In this document: in pieces, positions 23,592 through 37,641 of the stretch
Numbering within the stretch: position 1 is the first letter of the stretch
How the letters are laid out: every line of letters starts with the position of its first letter
The notes under the pieces: model-generated
Databases searched by the model: none
What the model was told of the DNA's origin: nothing
Seen by the model: only the letters and a program-made list of their open reading frames with translations
Program-made: the position numbers and the translations under genes
Origin: Podarcis cretensis
Lineage: Eukaryota
Direction: 5' to 3'
DNA: 64,000 nt
Assembly (NCBI GenBank): GCA_951804945.1
Contig: OX638158.1
Coordinates: 18,848,001-18,912,000 of the forward strand

Positions 23592-26500
23592 AGCCGCTTA
23601 GTACAGGCAAAGGCAGGCGCTAGACATTGAGGGGGGTAATTGTGAGACAGAATGAAGTTAGAACCCTTGTATTAGTATATCACACATTAACTGGTCTCCT
23701 TCAGTTATAAATGCAACTTAACAGAAGTCATGAGGGATCTGTCTCATGAAGAAAAAGGACAATGGATCTACTGATCAAAATATGATGTCTGCAAGATACA
23801 ACAAACTCGTGAGGCAACCTAAAGGCTAAAAGATTGATTGTGGCATAAGCTTTTCATTGGCAGCCATGAAACTCCACTACCCCTCTGGAATGTGTTAACA
23901 GGAATCAGAACTGTTCTCTGATCATGGGAGTGCTTATTACATATTTCAGGTTTTCTTTCCTTTTTCTTCTTAAAGCCTACAAATCACAAGCTTTATGATA
24001 ATTTGTGTCTGGGCTTAAGCAGGCATATTAAAGAGCTCCTTTGCTGCAAAGAATTTTTTCTTCCTGCGTGTTCACACATATTTCAGGTCACAGCAAATCT
24101 GTTTGCTGGTGTTCAACAGCAATGCAAGAGATGGCTATGTATGCATCTTATCTGGGAAATGACTAGGGCATTCTGACACTGGGCAGACTGAAGAACAGCA
24201 CCTGCCCAAGAAGGCTCTTCCCCACCTCTTTTGTCCATATGCTAATTCCAAAAGCAGCTGTGCATGAGAGTGACAGGCTGCCTGGCATTTGACTTGCTAA
24301 GTAAAGCAACACTTCATATGCAAAGGGGGGGGGGGATATGGGGGAAGGGAGAGAAAACAGGCTTATGAAGCATGCTAAATGGAAACAAGATACATAAGAA
24401 ATTATACTGCTCCAGAAAACCCTGCTTTCACCACCAGTAATTGCCAAAATACCTTTGCTAGGTCCCCCTTCTACCTGCTGCCAGAAAATGGAAATGTGAT
24501 CTATTTGCTTGATGCAGTGTAACCTCTCTTACATTGCAGGAGTAAATGAACCCAATGCCTTCTTGTCTTTCTCCTACAACCGAACTAGGATCTCAACAAG
24601 TTATGGTTTATAAAAGCAACTGATGAGCAGCAGTTGGAAGCTGGGATAGGAATGCTAGGAGCCATGTGGCTCCTGGGACCTAGGTTGTGGGCACCAACAC
24701 AAAATGTCTAGCTGCCTTTTTTTTCCGCTGCGGGGGGGGGGGGGGGGAGTTGCCAAGAGAATCAGGGGGTCTGCAGGGTAGTGCAGCAGCAAAAGACGTG
24801 TCTTTTGCTACTGCATTATCCTTCCAAACACCTGATTCACCAGGCAGCACAAAAAAGGTGCATTTTTTGCTGCGCTGTGCCTGGCAGACGAGCTGACTGC
24901 AGCCAGGCAGCTGGAGATGCTAAGCACCAAGTGTGGCTCCTGGACATCTCCATCCAGTCGCAAAAGATCAGTTGCCAATTTAGACTAAGCTACACAAGCA
25001 ACACCACACTACACAACTTTCTATGTTAAGTGAAAAAGTCCAGGACAGTGCATAGCAAACCTGGTAAAAATAATGACAAAAGGGTATCCACCAAATCTCC
25101 ACCTGCCTGTTTTTTTAAGATGTATTATGTGAAAACTTTTTAAGATGTATTATGTGAAAACTTAATTAAAATATTTTTTAAAAAACATAACGCCACCGAC
25201 CTCTATAGAGTAAGTTCCTGTTTACTTCTAAAATGGCTGCATCTTCCCTCAAGAGGCCAATAAATTGGCAGAACCATGCATTGTGTCCACACATGATTAC
25301 CTTTCAGATACTGGCCTTTAAAAATTATTTTTAAAGTTCAGAGAGGAGGGAATCCTAGAAAGTAATATTTGTTGCTATGAAGGCAGCAATAGCTCATCAC
25401 TCATTGGGTAAAAGAAAGCACAGAGGAGAAGCAGAAACAAGAGAAAAAAATACCAAGGGCATATATGGAACTTGCCTTTGCTGTATCCAAGACACTGGGA
25501 CAATTCTAAGCGTTTACTTTCCAAAACCAGTTCACTATATTAAAACAATGCAAAAGCAGGATCTAAAAGTGGAGAAGTTGTCCTATCATAACCAAAAAAA
25601 AGTAGAAAACATGGCAATTGAGAGATTGTGGGATGTAGTGTAGAGGCAGGGAAAGAAGGATTGTCTGAGCATGTTATTTACAGAAATACAAAACCTTAAT
25701 AAGGTGCAAAGATGAGTAGCTGCCGTGCCTTGTCTCTTACATTTTATTATTTATTTTTTAATAAAAATGTTTATATGTCACTGTACCATAAAAATGTATC
25801 ACAGCGGTTTATAGCAATATAAAAACACAAAACTAGATAGTAAAAGCACAAAGTTAAAAGAAATAGTTGTAATAAACAAACAAACAAAGAATATAATGGC
25901 ATACAGCAGGTTGACCTGCCTCTTCCACACCAGGATGCAAAAGAAAGCAACAGGTTTCCAATGCCTTTCCTTAAGGATGAACTCTAAATCCCTTGTTCTT
26001 AAGTATTCATGTCAGTATTTTTTATTTGGTTTCTATTCTTTTCCTTCCCATTTTTACTATGCTTGAGCACAGTTTTTTCACTTTCAAAGTAGGCTTACTA
26101 ATGGATTCTTTCCCAAAGGTCAAACAGCTGAATTCAAGAGTCATGGAGGCCCTGGCTGCTTGACAAATGTTCCAGCTGGGTATCTGCCATGAAGAAGCCT
26201 TCCACTGCCTGAAGAGTCAAGTGCTGCGCTTCATTATCCTCTGCACAGTACCAAATGCTTCAGAGCAAAGGACCCAAAATTTCACACACACGCCTCTAGG
26301 CCACACACTGCAAGTGCACAGAGCATCACAGATGCAGGAACTTTTAGACAAAAACCACTATCAATCAAGAGCAGAGGGCTGTGGGAGCTGGGGGGGAAAT
26401 GTGAAGAAAACAGCCTTTTGTTCCCTCTCTGTCATTGGAGGATTATAGAAAAAAGGGAGAGAGTCAAGTGCAGGTTTTCAGGGCTGTACATAAAAAGCCC

Positions 26501-28384
26501 ATTCATCAGGTGATAAAAGTCACATGCATTTGATTGTGTCAGTTTAACAAAGTCACAGTGAGAACCATTTCTTTAGGAGATATCAGTGACTGAAGAACAG
26601 CAGGGAGAACAAAGACACTCCAACCATTCAAATAGCAAAGGGCAAAGGAAGATAAATGCCATGAAGGAGGCCAGACAGTTCGGCACAGGGCAGAAAAAAG
26701 CACCAACAGCTTAAGAAAACGTGAATATTCACTAGAGCAACTTTTGCCAACCTGGCGCCCTCCATACATTTAGGACTAAATTTCCCATTGGTCCCAGCCA
26801 GCATGCTGACTGGGCAAAATGTCAAGTGGGCACTAGGTTAGCAAAGGTTCCTCCACAGTGAAAATAAAAATGTGTACAATAAATAATCCAACTATCATTT
26901 GCATGCCTGAAGACAGTCTGAATTATCACCTGGCACCCCACAGGCTTTCTTTCTTGGAGAAGTACTCCAATACCACTGTGGAAAAGATGTGCTTTCCTCC
27001 ATCAGAGGGAAACAGACACAAGTAGGGTAAATGTGATCCAATAAGCGTCACTCAGCTTTAAAACAGGAAGCCTTGCTGATTTCAAAACATATTTTAAGTA
27101 AACATGCTGAGCATGACACACTTCAGAATAAAAACTTGCCAAACTATTTCTCCATAGAAAAAGGAACTGAACACACAAGCAGTACCAAATACAAATGCAT
27201 TTCACAGTGCTTAGACACGCAATGTGAATAACTGACATTTCCTTTTTCAAGAGTGTTTTGTTAAGTGCCTGAACATTAACAGAAAAAATGCCAATTGTTG
27301 GAATTAACAAAAAGGTGCTGATAAAAAATTCTGATACAAGAGCTTTTCATCACCATGATGTGCCCCCCCCCAAACAGACACTTCAAAGGAAACAGGTCTA
27401 GCATTGTCACAACACTGTTAATACTCATAATGCCTTACGGTTAATATTTCTGTCTTGAAGATGGATAGGCAAGATCAATTGGGAGAATTAGAGGGCCACT
27501 TTAGACCCAGCTCCCACAAGCTTGCCTTACTATCACAGACTAGCCCATTCACCTCAAGTCTCTATGGGAAGGATCAGCAGCAGCAGCTAGCATCACTGTG
27601 CATGTGCCATTTATTCTGGGTCGGGCCTGTGAAGGAGCAGCACAAAGTGATTATGCAGTGGCAAAGTGAAGAAAGGAAGCAGTGCAGATAAATTTTCAAG
27701 GAGGAAGGAGGAAGACAACATAATAGCATGGGCCAGGTATAAGGCAGCTTTTGATTTGATGTTCCTTCCTAAAGTTGAAAACCTTCTGTAACCCCTCACT
27801 TCGGCTGCCTACTAAAATCGTAGATCCAGAATCTCTTACTTAATGGTGTATTTTTCATTTGATAATGAAGGGGGAGGGAGGAAAGAGAAAGAGGATTAAG
27901 AGTGCCCAATCCTATGTATTTCACTCAGTAGTAGGTTATGCTGAATTCAAGGCAGCTTACTCTCATTTGTGTGCAAGATGGGAGGCGAGGGAGGGGGAAG
28001 GAGGGTTCTGAGCATTATTTTCACTTGAAAATCCTGTGACACTTCCAAGTATAGCAGATCTACAAGACCAAGGTTCTGAAAATGCCTGAACAGTATTTAA
28101 TAATAATGGTTCTGTTCTGAGAGTGCCTGTTGGAATCATGCATAGGATTAGGTTGCAAGAATATCAAAATGAAGCATGCCTGCTTTCATTCTTTCCTTTT
28201 GTACTAGTAAGTATCAGATACTTTCACTTGAGCTAATCAGTGTGGGGAGGATCTATCCAAGAATGGAGGGTTGGTGAGAACTTCTAAAAGGTATCCTTTC
28301 TGCACTTAGAACAATATAAACAATAATAATCACTGTAACCAGGTTTTATGTAGTAATTTTAGAGCTTGGTGTTAATAAAACCAA

Positions 28385-28720
28385 GGGCCTTCTTGGTGGC
28401 TGCTCCCAGACTTTGGAACCCCCTACCTAGAGCAGTTAGGCTGGTTCTATCCTGGTTGTCTTTCCGCCAGCAAGTGAAGACTTTCTTGTTCCAACAGGCT
28501 TTTGGGAAATGACTACTTTTAATGAAAGAGCTAGCACCGTGCTATTTTTATCGTAATTATTTGTATAATGTTAATAGATTTATATATGTATATAGTCTTA
28601 ATTCTATCAGTGTTGAATTGTTTATTATAGATTGTTTTTTCTATGTTTTAAACAGTTCCTATTTTTATCTGTAAGCTGCCTTGAGAGTCCCGTCAGGGGA
28701 AAGGGCAAAGTATAAATAAA
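28385..28720 (+). mobile_element. L2-like LINE 3' end
   Basis: Colinear with 23293-23591; a related fragment lies at ~13205-13520. Confidence 0.65.
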
Positions 28721-29185
28721 GTAACACAGGTGTAAACTGTGTTACCGTACAAGCAGACCACTTCAGTGTATGGTTTCATCAGAAGATGCAGCTAGTAATC
28801 AAAACTAGCTCTGTCGCTAAGCAGCCACTCCCAGTAGTGACTGGATGTGGTAAAAGAAAAAGAAAGAGTAGATCCCACAAACCAAAAGCTTGCCCCCTCC
28901 ATTTGAAGCATCTGTTCCTTTGTGTAAGTTTGCTTTCTCTAACTACTAATTCGGTGCTTATTTCCTGTGCTCTTAGCCACTTCTTTTCTGCACCTGCACA
29001 AAATGTATTAGTAAGGATGGGTACATCCAGTCCATTTTCACCACCAAGTGTGACAGGAATGCAGCCAAAACATGTCACTGACCACTGTATTTACCAGATC
29101 AATTCTGTTTAAACCAGTCATATAAATCTACACTACTACAGCCTTGTTAGTAGTATTCATAGTACAAGCTACCAAGTACTATATA

Positions 29186-29441
29186 AAAAAGGTAAAGGGA
29201 CCCCTGACCATTAAAGTCCAGTCGCGGACGACTCTGGGGTTGTGGCGCTCATCTCGCTTTACTGGCCAAGGGAGCCGGCGTTTGTCCGCAGACAGCTTCC
29301 GGGTCATGTGGCCAGCATAACTAAGCCACTTCTGGCGAACCAGAGCAGCGCACGGAAACACTGTTTACCTTCCTGCCGGAGCAGTACCTATTTATCTACT
29401 TGCACTTTGACATGCTTTCGAACTGCTAGGTGGGCAGGAAC
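29186..29441 (-). mobile_element. 5'-truncated Sauria SINE
   Basis: Core and tail without the tRNA head; TSD TACTATATA at 29177-29185 and 29442-29450. Confidence 0.88.
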
Positions 29442-30680
29442 TACTATATATACTCTGGCCTTAAAGCTTCAAAACTCAGCAATCTAAAGTCACCCAGATA
29501 ACAGTTACCCACAGAACAGACTCTTAAAAATCGTTCATCAGCCAGTGAACTATTTTCATTCTTAGAAGTTGCACAACAGGCTTTAAATGAACCCTACATC
29601 AAAGCACTGGCATTAGACATATTGTTAGAAACAGAACCTGAAGCCAGTTACCTTTTTTCCTTTACAAAGTTTTTAGGCAATTCCACATACATGTAATATT
29701 TGTTTATGCCAATGTATTATGCCACCCAAACCTTAGCAGTGGTCCCAAACAGAACTTAAAGTCAGAGTGAACTTACAAAAGTTCTTATACTTAATTACAT
29801 ATCATACAAAAATATATGTTCTCTTCTGATTTGGGGGAAGGAGGAAAAGGGGAATTTCCTGTAATGATTAGAAAGCCAATTACATTTATAAAGCACCTTA
29901 TAGTCATTATGATACTGACTGCTAAACCATCAGCCTAGGAATGGATTTAAATGATACCATTAACACTCCTGCCTGGAAGTAAACAGACCTTCTAAATCAC
30001 TTGGCTGAGTGTTGGAAAAACTAGGATAGGATCATTGGACTGCTTTATGTGTGTGTTTATATATTGGTACATCAACTAGAACTGATACAAGGAAGCTAAA
30101 TTGAAGGGTTATTGTTTCTTGGGTTTTTTCCCAATCACACAACTGAAGGAGGTACTGTTCTACTTGCACCCTGTGTTCATACGTGGAGGCCAAACCAAAC
30201 ACTCTTGGATCCAACAATCTTCTTGGATTCCTAGGTAGCTGCCTGTGACAGAGGACTTTACAGCAACTTTGGAGGTAGACTGATTGTGGCCCTCTCTCAA
30301 AACCCTTACAACTTATTATAAGCCCTGGTAATCAGTTCACCTTCTTTTGAGATTCTTGTGCAGGGTCGTCCCTGGAGACAGTTCAAGAACTTCAGTTGCT
30401 CCAGTACACAGTGGTAAGACTTGTCAAGATTCTCCAACATGAAGCATATTTGACACACACAGTAACAGAACCACTAGTTATCTCTTCATTTCTGGGATAA
30501 ATTCAAGATGCTGGGGTGTAGTTGTTTTTAAAATCCCTTAATGGCCTGGGTCTTGGACACTGTGGAATTGCCTTCTCTGATAAGAACCATACCCCTATAA
30601 TTGTTAACTTATCCCTAAGTTGTTCAAGGAGGTTTGATGCAACTCCCTGGCTAGATTTCTGAGTACCAATTATTATTTAC

Positions 30681-30848
30681 CTTTTCCAGTTCAGAAGATT
30701 CAGGTGGCTTTACTAGGAGGGGCCCCTGCTCACTGGATTGGTCACTATCAAGGATTTCCTGCCCAGCAGGATCGGGCATGTGTCCCTTCCTGAGCCGTAG
30801 TGCTGGCTCCAGAATGCTGCCATTCCCGAGATCCGTTGATTCGTTCAT
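30681..30848 (-). CDS. ADIPOR2: ADIPOR2 exon 2, coding part (exon spans 30681-30916)
   Basis: MNESTDLGNGSILEPALRLRKGH...SELEK resembles recalled MNEP...EPDIRLRKGH. Donor AAG|GTAAAT; acceptor ctttttcag at 30917. All coding exons join to 1149 nt = 382 aa plus stop. Confidence 0.92.
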
Positions 30849-32420
30849 GAGACCAGGGTCTTCTCAAGAAAGGTTCTTATTTTCTCCGGCAAGAAGCGAT
30901 GACAGATTGGCTAGTCCTGAAAAAGGAAACAAAACTGTCATTGATAAACATGCCAGCTTATAATTACGTTAACATCCAACTTATAGTCACTTTTGAAGAT
31001 GCTGAAAGGCAGTCATAGAGAATTCACATTTCCCTAGGACTGAAGTAAATAAGCTTTAGAGGAGCATCTCTGGTGTTATGAAAGGTAAAAATTACCAATT
31101 CCATGATTCAATTTAAATACAGAGCTTTGTAATATGTAGCACCAATCCACTGCAAAGCAATGTGGATATTGTTCACTGCAAACCCTATCTTGACATTTGT
31201 TTCTCAGTTAAGCATGATCACAAGACCAGAGGTTACAGCACAAGGTTCTGTCAACACACCAAAGCATGTGTCTTATACACCTCCTAAAGGGAGTGAAGAC
31301 TACCAAAAACTAGTCAGAAATACTTGTAAATGTCATCATTTTGATAGGAAAATCTTGTACTCAGCTGACATAAGCTTCAACAATTATCTTGAATGGTCTC
31401 CACTTCTGTATTGTATGTGCATGTCACAAATGGAAGACAAAGGTTTTGCAGAGACTTTATAGCTGGTAACTAATCTTCAAACTTTAATTAGTAAGAAGCT
31501 TTAACAGATTAATCAGGCAGGGCAATTTTAATGATGAGTCAGGGAAGACACCTAGCCATTGTTCAAGGTTGTTCTTGTGTACAGTAAGCCTGCAATTTAT
31601 ATGGGGCCATGATCTGGGGATCACACCTAAAGCCAAAATTGCCTTTAGTAAAAATCCACTGGGTTCAGTTGCAAGTGGGATTGCCAAAGCCATTATTCCT
31701 GAAACCCTGCCCCCTTTCTGCCATGTCATACATAAAGCTGAATGTGTGTACATTGCAGGCTTGCTGTATTAACATACTGGAATAAAAAACTAAATACAGA
31801 AAAAGGCCTTTTACATTGATGGACAGCTTTTGTATTTTAAGTTTTCTCTCAAGTCTTATGGCTCTACATAAAAGGTTCAAATGCTCTAACAACAGGACAT
31901 TACTGTAACCAGAGCACTAATAAAAGCAGCAGCATGCACTACATTCAAAAAGCAGAGAGCCCTTAGAGAATCATGCAATTCACCAAGATGCTTAACTATT
32001 TTATATAAAAACAACAACCATCAACCTTTCTTCTGCAAATAAAGACCAGTCTCCTGGAGGAAACTTTAATGCCTGACATACTAATACCAAGCATTCCTAG
32101 GTCTTTCGGCTTTATGGAGAGGAGCCCATCTGAGGTCACTTTCAATGTAACAATGAGAATGCGTACAGTTCCTTTTTGTCAATGGGGGAAGTAACACTTT
32201 GCTAACAAAGAGACATCAGTAATACCAAGACTCCAGCAGACAGAATGTGTGTCCCCAACAGCTGCTCTTTGTTACCTGTAAACTGCTGATAAACACAATA
32301 GCTGAGTTTTTCAAACAGCAAATTGCCTAGGCAGACAACAAACTATTAACAAAGAAAAAGGTGTCCAGGGACTAGTAAAATTCCAGAGTTGTCTCCAACA
32401 CAGAACTTACATACAACATG

Positions 32421-32586
32421 GCCTCTGATAAAATGCAATGGCAATATGGACAGCCAGTGTGCCTGGCTGTTAACCAGAAGGTTAGTGGCTCAAGCTCACC
32501 CACCCAGGGATGGCTATGGGCAGGATTTCTGCATTGTAGGGGGTTGGACTAGATTATTTTTGGGGTTCCTTCCAACTCTATAATTC
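32421..32586 (+). mobile_element. tRNA-Asn(GTT)-derived SINE with CR1 3' tail (degraded)
   Basis: GGCTGTTAACCAGAAGGTTAGTGGCTCAAG...CCCACCCAGGGATG resembles the tRNA-Asn 3' half; followed by CR1 tail TGCATTG..GGGGTTGGACTAGAT..CCTTCCAACTCT. Confidence 0.75.
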
Positions 32587-32649
32587 GTGTTTGAGGTTTC
32601 TTTTGAGAGCCAGGAGATTATTTACAGAACATTTCTTAGTAGTGTATAG

Positions 32650-32650
<1 letters not shown>

Positions 32651-32724
<74 letters not shown>
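32651..32724. repeat. (GTCT)n + (CA)n compound microsatellite
   Basis: Direct observation. Confidence 0.95.
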
Positions 32725-32727
<3 letters not shown>

Positions 32728-33884
32728 AAGCCCTGTCAACTCACACTGGCCAGGGCGGAAGGTGGGTCGAGTTTCACTAGGACAGCACCAGGGCTGGTGT
32801 AGCTGAGGATCTCTTGGAGATCTGCAGAACTTTGGATCCAAAGCCTTCAGCATTCCATTTCAGGGCTTTCTTGTTAGCTATTACCTTTCTGCCAGATAAT
32901 GTCAGCAGTAAATAGAGGTGCATACAATATTTAACCTTTAGTACTAGAAGCACATATGCACCTTTGGTCATGGAAATGCTCTTCCGTGTGCCACAGTCAT
33001 TTTAAGTTATACAACCAAGGATTGTAGCAGCAGATAAGTAAGATTACATCACCCATGTTAACTGAAACACATGGCTATAAAAACACCAGCTCTCCTTTCC
33101 ACAAATTTGTATGATTGGTAGAAGGAATGTACATTGAAAAGTGTTACAAAAATGCTTTCCTGTTCCCTACTTTCTGTTAACAGTTACTGCCATTATTGAC
33201 CATTAGGGGAAGAGAGTATAAGCATCTTAAAACTCAACTAACTAGCTATCTTAATACCACAGTGATGCAACCAGAGCAACTTCAGAGTATGCAACAACAG
33301 ACCTTGAACAACTGGTTCAGACATATACAGCAATTAAAGGGTGTGACTGTCCAGCAATGTAGCCATTATAGACTAGTAGCTTTTTCATGTGGAATCAGAT
33401 ATAGAACTGTGTTTGCTCTGCTTACAAGTGTGAGGTCATGTGCTAATTTTAGTTATAACTTGGGTTTGCAAATTCAGAGTTGCAAAAGGTCTGCCCTTTG
33501 TACTTTTTATGCAGTAGAGTTACACAAGAGATAAGATATGTGGTTTATATAATAGATTTCTCAGACAATTAGAATCTTGTATGGAAGAGGGCTGAATCAC
33601 AAAGCTAAATACACAAGTTAATATTAGTATAAGTCATGTCCATTGGTACAGGGTGAACCATATAATGTCATTCTAATATAATGTTACAGTTGAAGAAGGG
33701 CATTCTTGAAAATATATTAAGTGATGCTATCTGAACATTAATCCCATATGCACATTCCAGATCAAGATAAGAATCAATTGGTGCACTAAAAAAAATGCAC
33801 TTTAGGCAGCATAAATATGGCATGGCTGTGAGCAATGACCCCAATGGAAGATTCACAGGCATGGCCTGACAATATTCCTCATAG

Positions 33885-34337
33885 CAGTGGTTTTCAACCA
33901 GTATGCCGTGGCACCCTGGGGTGCCTTGAATGATGGTTAGGGGAGCCGCAGCAACACTGGTCTCTGTCCCCCTTTTCTTCCCACCCTCCTCTGATGCCCC
34001 CTCGCATCTCTGCCTCCCAAAGGCTTGCACAACTGTTTATTGCAGTAGCCCTGGTTGTAAGCTCCACAGGCAAATGGTGCCTCTGGGAGGCACCTCTCTT
34101 TGGGGCAGTTCACAGACCAGGGACTGTGGAAGCTGCTCAGAGGTCTCCCAAAGAGAGGGGAGAGGAGAGGAGATGGAGGGAACACTCCACAAGGGAGGGT
34201 ATTCAAAAAAGGGTGAGAGGCTGCCAGCTCTGCAAGCAAGCGGTGACATAACTGGGCTCCTGAGACCCACAGGGGTGCCACTGCAAGCATGTAGTTGGCT
34301 AAGGGAGCAGTGGACTCAAAAGGGTTGAAAACCTCCA
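33885..34337. mobile_element. hAT-like non-autonomous element
   Basis: TIRs CAGTGGTTTTCAACC / GGTTGAAAACC; partial TSD CCTCATAG / CCTCAGAA. Confidence 0.6.
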
Positions 34338-35667
34338 CCTCAGAAGTTTCAGGCTCTCTTGTTTTGTGTATATAAATGTTTGTGGTCACAGTGAAAGATA
34401 GTTCGTTGTGTATCTATCAAAATATATCCCTCCTAGCCTTCTAGTACAAATATTTGCAGCAAGAGTCAATATAGGCTGTCAAAGTTATAATCATAAAAAC
34501 GCAAAAGAACTATAATTTTGAATCACTCCTCTAGCCTTCAGAACTACTCTGTCTGACTGGTATCAAATCCCAAATCCTGTCGATTTTTCTTTGCTTCCCA
34601 ACCCAAACTCCTGTTTCAGTATGCCAATAGTTCTGTGGGGACACAAATACAGGGGGGGGGGGCGGCGGCGGAATGTTGTTATACTTGAACTCATGCTATC
34701 TATTGGATGATATTTAACTACATGATTGATAAATGTTGAGATTTACAATTAAGAGTGGTTGCAGTTCTGTATTACTACTCTCTGTAGCTAAACACAGAAC
34801 CTATTTCATTTAAGTACCAGGGCAGACATAACACGGTCATGGCACAACATTTACCATTCGATCAAAACCTGTGGCATAAACATTTTCCATGACAAATGCA
34901 CAGCAGTCTATAATTAACATTGTAATAACTCTAATTTAAGCATGAAACAAATATAAAGAATTACTCCATTCAGATATGATTATGTGAGCAGAAGTTTGAA
35001 GGAAAAGTATTTGTCAAGAGACAGTCAAGGTTAAGAATAGCACTCTGGTCACAGCCATGTTTGAACTGTTGACAAACGTGACTATTTTCAGAATAATAGA
35101 GCCTGAAGTACCACATAAGCCAGAGTAAAGTCAACCCTTAAGAATGCAACGTTGTCTCATTTCCTTTTTTAGAGCAGCATTTTGCTACAGAGGACACACA
35201 CACAAAAAGACAAGGAGGCTTTTTACATGGGTACACATTGGCCTTAATGCAAAGATTACAACTTGGCTCAATGAGTTCCAAGAAATAATATTATCATAAA
35301 AAATAGAACTATGATATTGACAATTATCATTTGTACTCTAAGAAAGCTAGAGCATTTTGTGGGTAGTAAGTCCTTGGCAGTTGTCTATGCTCTTCAAGTA
35401 GCATAGGGCTCTTAAAATCCATTTGCTAGTCCATCAGACCAACTCAAAGATGCATACGTCCAATCATGTACATTTACATGTAAAGCAGATGAGAGATTGT
35501 GACCACTAAGGGAGACAAGCAAAATGCCAGGATTTAAAAGTTTAAACTTCTATCCAGTGGCATGCAATTTATAAAGCTAGACATTCAAAGTATGGGAGAT
35601 ATTGTAGATACAGCCGCCCAGAGTGGCTGGGGAAACCCAGCCAGATGGGCGGGGTAGAAATAATGAA

Positions 35668-35668
35668 G

Positions 35669-35712
<44 letters not shown>
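35668..35712. repeat. (GTT)n microsatellite following a short retroelement tail (~35610-35663)
   Basis: Direct observation. Confidence 0.9.
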
Positions 35713-37641
35713 ATAGCTCAGAAGAAACAACTGAGTAAGCCATTCCCTATTAATTTCCCTACCAGTTTTTCAAGAAATGCAACTGAGAGCACAGCCCAAT
35801 TACCATATAAATACTATTTACAAATCCCATATTACAAACCATACATAAAATCTACAGAGACACTCCTGGAATAGGCTTCAAAAGTCTGTGCAACCACAGA
35901 ATGTTCAGTCTGAAGTAGTTCTGTCCTACTATGACTCTGCATAGAATTAATATATGTCAGAATCCAAAGCTTATTTAACTATGCAAGGCGAAGCATTTTA
36001 GATTGTTGAATAAAGAAAACTAAGGATAGTTGATCCAGCTCAGAGCACTACAGAATCATGTTTACTCCCTACTGAACATTTAATGGCCTTGAAGGATATA
36101 CAAATAAGTCAAAGGCTGTCTACATACTACATAAATGGATGTGCATTACAAGTTTTGAGACTTAGATATTCAGTAGTAGTGTAGCTTTTGGTGTAATGAA
36201 TAAGAAAAATCATGCTGGAGAAGGAGAAAATGCCACTATCCTACACCACATAACCCAAAAGGCCAAAATACCAAAATTCTCTCTGGCAATTCAAAACTTT
36301 TAAATATTTGAAGTATACAAATAAGATTTCATAAATGAATAAGATCCACAATGCTACCAAACCTATCCTGCAGTTTGCACTAAGTGCTAGGTAAAACATT
36401 TAGCAATCATACCCTATCCACATTTACTGAGAAGTAAATTATACCAATTTCAACAAAAATTATTTCATGGTAAATACAAAGGACTACAGTTTAAGAAATT
36501 AAACCAGTTTAAGAAATTAAACCACAGACTGAATATTAAACTCCAATAAAACAAGACATAAGGGTAATATGAAACACAAGTGTTTCATCTATTATATGCT
36601 ACACACATCCTGGCAAGTAGAACTTTCAGAGTTTCTTACCCCTGCTATCTTGACAAACAGATACAGGCAAGATGTTGTTCTTTAACCCAGTTCAGGGAAA
36701 ACTGATCTTGGCATTCACCAAGTGGAAGAGATTACCAACCCATGCATAGATCCTTCAGGAGATAAAAGCCAAAACTCCACCTACAGCAAAACTGCATTGG
36801 ATGCCAAGCTGCTTTTCCCCTACAATATATTGGACAAGTTTAATCTCAATTTGCATACGGCATGCCCATTAAATATCACAGCTCCTTTAATAGGGCTACA
36901 CTTCAAACTGAAGGTGCTGTAAGCATGTACCCAACAATTCTTTATTATATTTGTTTACTTTAATTACACCACCACAGTGCTACACAGTAATTAAAAGTGA
37001 CATTGTTGTAAAACTGGTTACTTAGTTGTACAATGTGGGCTTACTTAATCCAAAAGATGCTTCTGTTGTAAACCATGAGCTTAGCCAACCAAATATATAA
37101 TATCCATATCTGAAAATTACTCAATTGAAAATCTATGGACATCTTATTTTGCTCACCCAGCTCCAAGGACACAGGTAGAACCTGACAAACAGGATTGACT
37201 GAGGAAGAGAAGATATCTATATCTGTTGCATAATGCTCAAGTATATATTAGTACTTTAGAGCAGTCAAAGCAAAACAGCAAAGAGTAGTGTGGTGGGAAT
37301 ATGTCCCTACCTAAATACAGAGGTTTTTTGCAGTGAAGTGAGTCTCCTTTCAGAGCTGTATTTAGAAACATAGACTGTAGTCTTTGTGAATTTTAAGATG
37401 GGCTGTTCTAAGGACAATACTTCTACATCCATTTTAGAGGGATGACCCATGCATGCCCATACTACCCACATGAGGTAGGATGAGTGAGATGAGGCAGTAA
37501 TGGATGTAGGACTGCCCTCTAACAACTACACCACATTGCCTAAATTTCAGGGAATGCCCAGCAGCATGATCCACTTCCTTTACTTGCCTAGGGTAGAAAA
37601 ATATAGTGGTTTCTTCTGACTTTTCGTATTAGTACAATATA

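Noticed and set aside
32421-32512. Functional tRNA-Asn gene
   Set aside because: The 5' half and B box are degraded and it is fused to a CR1 tail; a SINE or pseudogene. SINE heads elsewhere are likewise not tRNA genes.
33668-34389. Overlapping 120-150 aa ORFs
   Set aside because: Mostly within a GC-rich non-autonomous hAT-like element; no transposase motifs.
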